Source: Lytechinus pictus
Lineage: Eukaryota
Assembly: GCF_037042905.1 (NCBI RefSeq)
Contig: NC_087251.1
Coordinates: 21,826,001 to 21,890,000 of the forward strand
Direction of reading: 5' to 3'
Length of the DNA stretch: 64,000 nucleotides
The notes beneath the pieces were generated by a model, which worked only from the letters and a program-made list of their open reading frames with translations, made no database searches and had not been told where the DNA came from. This document shows, piece by piece, positions 1 through 9,513 of this stretch. The number at the start of each line of letters is the position of its first letter. Position 1 is the stretch's first letter. The translations under genes and the position numbers were made by a program.

Positions 1-3000
1 TATTACTTTAAATTGCATCTTTTGGTGAGCTAGTTTCTCAAATGTCATTCTGTTTTCAAGGCTTCTTCCCCAGGAAAAATGATTTTTCCGCACACAAATA
101 AAATATAATTAATACCCTTCACCGCATAGATGAAATGAAATTTTAATGTCAAGGAAACACTGTCAGATTTCGAATTTATTTGCAGTTGATGGGATATAAA
201 AAGAAGTTAAATCCACCTATGGCACAAGATAAAAGAATTTTAATGTCAAATGACATTTGACTTTTGCCTTTGTGCCAGAGTAATGTTTGGAATAGAACCA
301 AAGGAGATGTATTGAACATTTCCAGCTGCATATCAAGGGTGCCCATAAAGCTGTTTTAGAAATAGTAATTGAAGTTTAATAATGGGGAATGCATGCTCGA
401 GATACAGCGATTAAGCTCTCAACCCTATTGTTAAGACATTAATTGGAGAGGTCGGTGAAATCTGGAATACCAGCTTGTGTTTGATGGGGAAATCTCAATA
501 TCATGTGAATTACTTTTCGCAAGTCTGGCAAGACTCTTCATATGTGGAAAACAAATTGTATGTTTCTTTTCATTAAATTATAGATATTTTTGGAATTGCG
601 GATTCAATGTTATAGTAATGCAGTGGAAAAGTCTGGATTATGGCATATTTTCAGCTTTATCAAAAGTACTACTCTACAATGGCACAGTGGAATTGAGTAG
701 AAAAAAATTATATTTTTTTAAGGAGCACATTTGTTATTCCTTTTTAATACTGACATAAAAGCAATGTAGAAATGCCTTGCCTCTCATATTATATTGTATT
801 ATTATTTATTTTCTGATTTTATTATACTATGATTTATATTATACTGGGTAAAACATGAAGATAATGCACTTTTACTATGTTCATATATGCCAGTATGTAA
901 AGGGAATAATTAGTTAACTTTTTTCTCAATCCCTGTTCATATATTGTCAAAGTGTTGTGATTTAGAGAGCAATATTTCATTATTCTTATTCGAATGTATT
1001 TAGGAAATGGTTTCATGTAACTGGAACATATTTAACTTATCATAGTGAGTTTATATTACAGTGTCCTTTCCAGTGTCCTGTTAGTAAAATATTCACCCCA
1101 AATTATAATATGGAGCAAGCAATGATCAAATTTCACCAAAACATGAATACCCATGAAATTTCTGCAATAGTTGTGAATAGGCAGCATATGTCAAAAGGTT
1201 TGAATCAATGATACAGTTTTTATAGGAAGTTATAGCATTCACACCAGCAAAGTATTAGGTGTATTTTCTAATTTGACAAGTGTGAATGCTGTTATTAAGT
1301 AGGATACAAAGCTACGCTAAAAGACCTCGAATAAAAAGCCAGGAAGAAGCCCTGTCCCTCTTCCTTTTCATTTATAAATTGGGTCATCCAAACATTACTG
1401 GCTAAGCCTTTATAATGATGCTCTACTTTCAGAAGACTAGACTTCATATACAGCAATCGATTTACAGAATTAGCCCATTGCCATTTTAGCCTAGTTTTCA
1501 GGAGTAGTGGCCAGACCTAGAATGATGTCAAAAAGTGGTCATGCCATCAGGGTCCTGTTTCATGTAACTTGATATTGATTACAAGTGCAAAATCTGTATC
1601 ACTCTTAACCAACCAAAAGGCTGTCTCCAGGATTCTGTTATTGCATCAAGTTTTGATGAAATGGAGACAATATGGATGATTCTGGTTTGAACTTGGGATG
1701 TATGATCTTCATTCTTTCTTGAAAATATCTTTTATTGGAACTAAATTGGTGATGTCATGAGGAATTGAATACTTCTGTAGTCTTGATGTGCTTCTGTTGT
1801 GCCTAGTAACCATGACTATGTTGAAATCTTTTATATTCTTTCCTTGGGTGGTATTCATTGGTTCTTGACTTATGCCATTCATTCTGGAAAATGTTCTCTT
1901 TTTCGCGATGGTTTAAATGTTCATTTTCATGTTTTTAAGATGACAAATAGTGTATAAGCTCAGTTCATTTTTCCCTGAACAGATTATGCAGTGATGTATT
2001 TTTTTCTAAATTATTCAAAAAAGAATGTTAACACCAGAGCCATTATTAGAGATAATTCGGCCAACCCAGTTTCAATGGGTTACCATCATGACGCATAATG
2101 CTTTGTTAGGCAAGCCCAATACAAATTTGTTTTGCCTTGTTGGTATATTGAAACTGGGTTGGCCGCACTCTCTCTATTTATGGCTCTGGTTTACACCAAT
2201 TTCTGTTAATGTTTGATGAGCAAAAGGATATTACCTGAATAGTTGCAAACTCATTCTGCGATTGATTTGATACAGTTTTGGGCACGATTTACCAAAGGGA
2301 ATTCCCTCGTTTACCAGACCACATTCAATGTACAGTTCTCGTTATCTTCTAGTTCATTGACTGTGTTAGTTGTGGGCCTACATCATGTAGTGTCAAGCTT
2401 ATTGAATGTTCAATTAGGCCCAGAGTCTGAACTCTAATAAGTCATGGTCGATGTTGCTTGAGCGTGTCTTCAAATCAGGTGTATTCTATTTGCATCTTCA
2501 TATTCCATTCATTTGAAAAGCTTTGTATAATTCTATAGACATCTTTATTGTCCCTTCCCCCTCAAGGTGATTTCCTAAGATGCAAGATTGCTACAGTGAT
2601 GGTGATTCATTCATCAGTTTCATCAACTTGGAAATATACTCGGTCAAATTACTTTTGTGTCCCAAATTGAAATGGCCATAATGCTTGAAATTCAATAAGG
2701 TATGCCTGATGTGAAATTCATATACTGTAAATATGTAGATTTTCTTAAAGGAATTGAACAAGCAAAAAAAGGCCTCTCGTCTTATGTTGGTAATGTGTCA
2801 ATGATATGACACTTCCGTTGCGCCATATCTCTGTTTTCAATAAAACTTCCCATACACGGATATTTGATATTTTTAGGACAATATTGAAAGTAGTGTATCT
2901 CCATATTCTCATTTGTGTGAGCTGCAAACGATGAGGCTAATAAGTCCGGGCCCTGTGTCATAAAACTCTGTATAAATGTCAAGTTACTAGTTACTATTAT

Positions 3001-3625
3001 AAACTACTGATCTGGTTTTATTTGATTGGCTGAGAGGGTGTTTGTCATTGAATACTAGCATTTGATATTGATAGGTTTACAAAATGGTTCTTATCCATTA
3101 TGTGCCTAGAGCGTGGGCTAAATTCACAGAGCATTTCCTTCGATACGCAGCCATCTTTGTGCACTTTTCATGAAGTGCCTTTACAGTGATTTTACTGATT
3201 ACTTTTGCCTCATGCCAATCAGATGCCCTGATTTCAGTAGCTTATAACAGTTGCCAGTGAAACACACTCCCAAAATGCTCCATGGAACATTACTCCCTTG
3301 ATGAGGGGTGTTTGTTTGATATCAGTGAATCCTCAGGTGAATCTTATTAATCCCTTTGATTTAGCATGAGCTTTCAAGTGCTTGTTTGGCCTGTGGGTAT
3401 ATCCACTCTACTGAGTGGATTTGGCGCATTACAAATCACTTGTATTATTAGTATTATTATTATTATTATTTGTGATTGATATTATTTGTTAGCTGTAAAC
3501 TCATTCTTTTTTTACCAATTGTTCTTTTTAAAATGTTTCCCATTGATATTATTTTCAAAATATAGGTGCCAGTTTTCTAAATAAAACCATCATGGTATAT
3601 GAATTAACACATTGCTTTTGTGACT
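1..3625 (+). other. Probable 3' UTR and poly(A) site of an unseen plus-strand gene upstream of the window
   Basis: T/TGT-rich, UTR-like plus-strand composition with no credible ORF. AATAAA at 3580-3585 is followed about 25 nt later by GU-rich cattgcttttgtgact. Further AATAAA at 1330-1335 and 2839-2844. Composition judged by eye. Confidence 0.4.
3380..3470 (+). mobile_element. SINE/L2-type retroposon 3' tail
   Basis: GGATTTGGCGCATTACAAATCACTTG followed by (TAT)n at 3443-3470. Confidence 0.5.
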
Positions 3626-4118
3626 AGCAAATATGGCTAATTTAAAGGAATTAAGAACTTCTATGAAGCAATTTTTTGTTGATATTGAGGATTTGGAATC
3701 AAGGGGCGGTGATGAAAATATTATTTTTCTTATTTTACCAACAAAGAACATTTTTCGGTAAAATTATAGGAATTTTGTTTTTAATTGCCGGCTTGCCTGA
3801 AAACTTTTAGAAATGGAGTTGATTAATTAGCTTGAGACACATTCAGATTATGGACTGAAGAAATGCAGGTGTTCATCCATTTCATAGTTTTTGATCAATG
3901 GATAGGGAAGGCTGCGCTGCCTTTTCAAAGTACCTGCTCCTTTATTGAAGTCCATCAAATTACAGCTCATTATTGTAAATCATTTAGGGAATTAAAAACA
4001 TCAGTCTTATGTGCTATTTCAAAATATTCTTATTCTGACTTTAAGATTTTTTTCTCTGGATTTTTTAAACAAAATTCATTTGGGTTTATTTATTTTCTCC
4101 ACCTTTCCTATATGTATA

Positions 4119-4766
4119 CCAAGTGAGTGAAAAAAAAAAAAAACTTGACACCTCACAACTCCCCAATTCAAGGAAAAAATGTGTTATTAACGCATAATCA
4201 TTATATATGACTGAAAAGAGTATCTTCTCCCTAATAATTTGATACCATATTGATGTTGGATGTCTTCACGCTTGTATAATCAGTAGGTATTCATTGCAGT
4301 GACGTAAATTTTGATAAGCGCCAAAGTAAGGCATGACTGCATTGAATGAATTCAGATGCCAATGATGTCATAATCCTATATGAGATAGTAAACATATTTG
4401 CAAATCTCTTTTCAATGAAATTAACTTGAGAATTGATACTGAAAAGTGTTTATTAAACAATTATACTATAAATTATTGTAAAGGTGTTTTTTAAATGGAT
4501 TTTAATGCAACCCATATAGGATTAATTATTACATCATTGACATCTGGATTCATTCATTGCAGTCATGCCTTACTTTGGCGCAGATCAAAATTTACATCAC
4601 TGCAAAGAATAGGCCTACCTTCTGACCATCCAAGTGCTAACATATACCACATAAAATTCCCAAAAAATATTGGGAGAACATACTCTTTTTGGGTAATATA
4701 ATGTGTTCATGACATATTTTGTTTAAATTGGTGATTTGTGAAGTGTCAATTTTTTCATACACACGG
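4119..4766. mobile_element. Fold-back MITE (~650 bp) with ~260-bp inverted arms and TA flanks; Tc1/mariner-like
   Basis: Arm 4119-~4385 is the reverse complement of ~4510-4766, e.g. GCGCCAAAGTAAGGCATGACTGCA versus TGCAGTCATGCCTTACTTTGGCGC. TA at 4117-4118 and 4767-4768. Confidence 0.8.
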
Positions 4767-4777
4767 TATATAGGCCA

Positions 4778-4950
4778 GCGCTGTAAAAACGCTGTTTAAA
4801 ATTTAAGCACATTGGTCAAGCCTATCACTCTTAACAACTATTGTTTGAAGTTTTAAACAAGTTGTTTAAAAAGTCTAAACAAATATTTGAAAGGTTAGAC
4901 AACTAGTGACAGGCGTAAGCAATGTGCTAAAAAGTTTTACTTTGTAAAAA
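4778..4950. mobile_element. Non-autonomous DNA transposon fragment (CACTG/CACAG-ended, EnSpm-like), same family as 20070-20280
   Basis: CTGTAAAAACGCTGTTTAAAATTTAAGC...TCACTC...AACAAGTTGTTT aligns with the reverse complement of 20160-20280. Confidence 0.6.
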
Positions 4951-4999
4951 CATTTTTTAATCTCTCTATTATAATGACATCCTAACCAACTTATGCACT

Positions 5000-5640
5000 C
5001 TTTCCTTTGTCTCAATGCTCTGTCCTTTTCTATCTCTAACAATGGCACTTTGAATTTTCTTTTATCCCAATTACAGTGTATTCTCTCTTGCCCTTTCTTG
5101 CTATCTTTCACTCTCTTGATATCTCTCTCTCACCGCCCTCCCTCCTCCCTATCCCCTCTCCTTGTTTTTTTTCTTCTATCTGTTTCCTTTCACTCATTCT
5201 TAAATCTCAATCCATCCTGGGATACGCTGCTTATTACAATACTTGACATTTAGCTTCCATGCCGCTGTCCTTTATATTTTTACTTTGAGCAGAAGGCTTT
5301 TCCTTGAAAATGTAAAAAGGACAAATATCCAAAATGACAGCAAAACAAAAACAAAACTAATCAACGCAAGAAGGATAATAGTTTAACAGGATGGAGAAAA
5401 GAAGATAAAGATTAATTTACAGGAAATTGAGCATGGACATGAGGAAGGAGGATGGTTGATTAGGTAAAATGGGTAGGAAGAATCTGAAGGGAAATGAGAA
5501 GAAGAATTGAGATTAAAGTAAAGAAAATAAGAGGGAGGGCAGAGAGGTTATATCACACAGAAAAAGAGTGGGTGGAAGTTGGAAAGAAAGAGGAGGAAAA
5601 ACGGTTGAAAAGAGAGATAGATAAGAAAAAAAGATATGTT
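5000..5640. repeat. Low-complexity pyrimidine tract (~5000-5200) followed by a purine tract (~5390-5640)
   Basis: Visible CT-rich then GA-rich composition; this accounts for the spurious L/S/F-rich and K/R/E-rich ORFs. Confidence 0.7.
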
Positions 5641-6221
5641 AGTCTATATGAATATCGCTTGGGAATATTCATGAGTGAAATTAATATCATACAAGAAAAT
5701 TGTATGATTTCAATTCTCATTCACCTTGTCCTATCTATATACAATTTTCTACCTGTGAACAGATGGTGTGATCTTTTGTTCTTATCAAAGAAATAGATCA
5801 TGAGACAACAATATTTTTCTATTTTTTGTTCTTTTACAAGTACAAAATGAGTCTTTAATCAATTTATTGTTGTTAATATCAGTTAAAAGTATAGAAGGAA
5901 AATAAAGAGAGTACAACGTAGACAGAATTTATTCAATGTAGAACTTTGGACGCATAGGAATATCGATGGTTTGTCTATATTTTGTTGAATGCATATCTTG
6001 AATGCAAGTAAGTATACATCTAATATGATCATATGAAAGTTCACAGTTTAGTGCATATTAAATTATGGTTTGTGCAGACAGTCTGACAAAGCTTAGCAAA
6101 ATGGCTCTGTAATATTTTTGTATTCAATTTCAAAGTCATAAGAAAACACAAAACTCCACACCAATTGAATTCTGTGAATAAGAGGCTGTAAGGGCAAACT
6201 AATTTGTCTTGAGTAGGCCTG

Positions 6222-6378
6222 TGAAGCATTTCATCAACATTTTTCGTCCGACAAGTTGTAAGATCTGACAACTTTCCTTGATTTTGATTGTCTAAGATGC
6301 ACTCTTACTATAATTACTGTCGGATAAAACGGGACTTGTCAGATAAAACGTCCAACAAGTCCTTTATGAAACGCTCCC
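6222..6378. mobile_element. MITE with GGGAGCGTTTCAT-type terminal inverted repeats (TIRs) and CTG TSD; PIF/Harbinger-like
   Basis: CTG at 6219-6221 and 6379-6381; clearly alignable with a second copy at 62532-62673. Confidence 0.8.
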
Positions 6379-6639
6379 CTGGTCTTGAATTGCCTGCATG
6401 GAAAAACTAGTGAAATCATTCATCAGGAGTCTTGACATACTGGAATCATTTATTGTCATGGATTTGTCCTCATAAATTTTTTTTTAGACCTGGAAGTAAA
6501 TTGGTGTGATGTGTCTCACTATATCTGAATACAACAACAACAACAAATGTTGTTGAGCTTTCTCTCATCTTATGAGAATGAGCCTTTACACTTCAATTTA
6601 ACACTGTCTCTTCATTTTAATGTGACACAGGCAGAAAAT

Positions 6640-6686
6640 ATAATCAGAAACAAAGCAGAGATATGTATGAATTGAGAAGTTTTATT
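6640..6686 (-). terminator. Probable distal polyadenylation signal of the EH-like gene, implying a ~2.5 kb 3' UTR (about 6662-9174)
   Basis: AATAAA on the minus strand (plus TTTATT 6681-6686), CA dinucleotides about 12-17 nt downstream, then a U/GU-rich element (ctctgctttgtttctgattatattttctg). Other minus-strand AATAAA sites occur at 7817, 8090, 6449, 5928 and 5863. Confidence 0.5.
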
Positions 6687-7028
6687 TGTTTGACTTTGTG
6701 GAAATCATCGGCTACATGTGGGAGAATAGTGGAATGAATGGCATACAAATGTCAACAAAATTTAAAACAATGTTGTGTGACAAATTCACACAGTTCTTAA
6801 CAAAAATATATACTCTGACAGACTAAAATGAAAACTTAAAACCTTTTATACACATGTATCTCCCTTCATTTGATACGATACTGCATATTCATAATATCAA
6901 TGTAAGATTGTTTGAAAATGTGCGAGTGCTTATGATGGTCTGTCTGTCTGTCTTGCATGTTTTATCAAATGGTTTTACTCATCCATTGTTTCTACAGTTT
7001 ACTCATTAAATCTTTATAGAATTTGCAT

Positions 7029-7315
7029 ATTTACTATGGAGCTGCTCCCTACAGCGCAACAATTCTTTTGAAAATGCAAGTAAAATCACAATGGAGAGCT
7101 GAGATGCTTTTGTTGAAAGTTGGTGGACTGGGATAGATGATCATCCAAAGATTTGCATGGGATGAACAATCGCAAATATATTATGTCAAAGTCAAGACAC
7201 TACACTGCTGTCCCGGTCCACCAACTTTAGACAAAAGCCTCTCAGCTCTCCATTGTGATTTGACTTGCATTTTCAAAGGAATTTGTGCGTTGTTGAGAGC
7301 GGCTCCATAGTAAAT
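7029..7315. repeat. Inverted repeat with ~108-bp arms (7029-7136 and 7208-7315) and a ~70-bp loop, inside the probable EH 3' UTR
   Basis: TTTACTATGGAGC...TTTGAAAATGCAAGT.AAATCACAATGGAGAGCTGAGA.GCTTTTGT..AAAGTTGGTGGAC.GGGA recurs as the reverse complement; identity roughly 85% by eye. Confidence 0.9.
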
Positions 7316-7845
7316 GAGAAAACTCTCTATTAAGTGGTAAGAGAAAGAATGCCTTATCCAAAAAAATGTCAAAATGTCATCTCCGTTCTTGGGAAATTCT
7401 GATATTGTTCATAAACAATACCCTATACCCGATGAAATAAAGACCCTTTCATGAGAATCAATGGCTAGAATAAAACATCAGCCTTATAAAATCTGGGAGT
7501 TATTACCGTATATTCCCAGCATTGAGGAGAACTTTACAATTAAAGACACAATCCTCACTCGCGCACAAGAAGTTTGGTCCAGATAAATACTTCCGTATTC
7601 GTTCTTGTTAGAATGATCATTGGTAGCTAAATATACCTGGGGAATATTGATCAATGATCCAGCCATTTCTTTGATTAAGCTGGCTTTTATGAAAATTTGA
7701 TAGATCATTGATTGTAAGAAGAGAGCTCTCTGGCATTGACAGCATCTCCATTGTGAGTGAGACGAGCGTCTCCCAATGTATAGCTTTATCACTAGTACGA
7801 AATATATTTTGTACTATTTATTTTTTCCATTAGAGCATGGAGTGA

Positions 7846-8025
7846 AGGCCTGGTCACACCAAAAACTCTTTGAGGCTTCATTCTGGTGTAATGTTGTACT
7901 ATTGGTTGGTAGTCTCAATGATGAACTCACACTAAACTCACACCATGTTCTGCATGATAACAGATCTTTTGTGTTTGTATGGTTTGGGACACACTGGCCT
8001 AACCCGGTTTGGTGCGATGAGGCCT
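7846..8025. mobile_element. Degenerate PIF/Harbinger-type MITE
   Basis: Ends AGGCCTGGTCACACC / GGTGCGATGAGGCCT, with TNA flanks (TGA, TAA). Confidence 0.55.
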
Positions 8026-8028
8026 TAA

Positions 8029-8430
8029 GACCCCGTTCTCATTACAGTCCTAAAACTAGTTAAGTGGAAACCAGTTTAGTGGGAACTAGTTTATTGTGTA
8101 ATAGAAATGCTTGTGATTTGGATTTCAAGACCTCTCTGCCTCGTTAAACTACTTTAAGTGTAGATGAGGACACAGCCGTTCTTCGGGAATTGATTCCCGC
8201 ACATGTTTGGTGCGCTACTCCACATATGGTGTGTAGAACGTCTACAATGCGGTTTCAAACATCACCCCACTGAGAGCATTCCTGTAGCAACAATACTGCT
8301 TTACTCAAAGTAGTTTTGTAAACCATTTAGGGGTGATCAGATGGGAATGCTAGCAAAGCAATCTTCCAAACTGGTTTCCTCAACCAGTTTCCACTAAGCT
8401 AGTTTTAGAAAATGTAATGAGAATGGGGTC
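8029..8430. mobile_element. PIF/Harbinger-type MITE (~400 bp)
   Basis: TIRs GACCCCGTTCTCATTACA / TGTAATGAGAATGGGGTC, subterminal AAACTAGTT/AACCAGTTT repeats, flanks TAA / TTA, and an inverted second copy at ~57830-58134. Confidence 0.85.
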
Positions 8431-9174
8431 TTACACTTTAAGACAGTAGAAAACTACAGCTATGGAGTAAGAATGGCTTATTGCAACATCACATCACAAT
8501 GTAAATGGCAAGGTCAATATTGTACTGCTCTGTCATTATGACAGGGATATTTAAACTTCTTTCTCACTTTCAGACACATCCATGAATATACAAAATAAAA
8601 CTAATTTAATGTTTTAGAAATGAACTACCAGTGTGTGCTTAGATGTAAGGTTCCAAAATGTAAAAATGAAAATTAAAGATATCAGGCATAGAGCAACTCT
8701 GTATTTACATTACGTTGATATGTTACTTTTTTATACAAATTTTACAAAGCAAATCACATATTGTAAATTTCAGAAATGTGCAATACATAGTAGGTTCGTG
8801 CTTAGACATCTAACTAGAAACAAAGTTGGGAAAAATTATAGCCAATAACCTCTATTCATAAAGAAATCAATCTACACTTTAAAGTACATCTTAAGATGTG
8901 ATGAAATCATAGAGGGGCATTGATAGTTGCGTGAAGAGTAAACGGCAGAGCGTAACTTGAAGTAGATGAAGGAAAAGGGGATTGACAATTAACACCCCAA
9001 GAAATCAACTAAATGTGACAGTCTCGTGGAAGAAGGTGAAAGTGTTTCCCAGCGGTGCAAACTATCAAAAATTGACCGATTGAATGGAAATTTAAAAAAT
9101 ATTAAAGCATGTATATTATCATCTGCTTGTTTTTTGTGAGGGATGGATGAAGTCTTGAAGTTCTCAAAAATGAT

Positions 9175-9489
9175 TTATTTACGTCCACTGTGAAGGTACA
9201 TGTGGCAGGCCTTGTATGCTCGTGCCTGGCTTGGGTCTCGTCCTGCACCGTTGCAACCAGAGATGCAGTCCGTCGTTTGCATATGGGTGTTCTTAGAGCA
9301 AGCTAAACAGGTGAAGATGCAAGATTTCTGCATGAGGGCGCTTCGCTTTACCGTCTGGTCTTCCTGGTAGTTGAGGACAGGCTCCATCAGGTCCATTGCA
9401 TCTTCATCAAAGAAAGGGGCAGGGGCGGCTGGGATGAGTTCTGCTGTGAAGAGGAGCAGGCCCATGACAACCAGGATGAGGGAATTCAT
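9175..9489 (-). CDS. EH1: Eclosion hormone-type (EH-like) neuropeptide precursor, 104 aa; probable orthologue of sea urchin Spnp11 / echinoderm EH1
   Basis: Seen: hydrophobic signal peptide (about aa 1-21), acidic spacer, K48-R49 convertase site, mature region S50-S101 with C57-x3-C61-x2-C64-x10-C75-x3-C79-x15-C95, terminal G102-R103-K104 amidation/cleavage signal, and a GC-richer coding-like island in AT-rich DNA. Knowledge: insect EH has C-x3-C-x2-C-x12-C-x3-C-x10-C. The match to Spnp11 and the EH1 (versus EH2/Spnp15) label are from memory, not a search. Confidence 0.9.
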   Translation of the reverse strand: MNSLILVVMGLLLFTAELIPAAPAPFFDEDAMDLMEPVLNYQEDQTVKRSALMQKSCIFTCLACSKNTHMQTTDCISGCNGAGRDPSQARAYKACHMYLHSGRK

Positions 9490-9513
9490 CTGGTAGGAAC
9501 AAAAGAAAAATGA
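9490..9513 (-). other. 3' splice acceptor directly abutting the EH-like start codon
   Basis: Minus strand reads tcatttttcttttgttcctaccAG|ATG AAT: a polypyrimidine tract and CAG immediately before the ATG. Confidence 0.8.

Noticed and set aside
5494..5796. 100-aa K/R/E-rich ORF with a hydrophobic tail
   Set aside because: It is a translation of a GA-rich low-complexity tract, with no splice or domain support.
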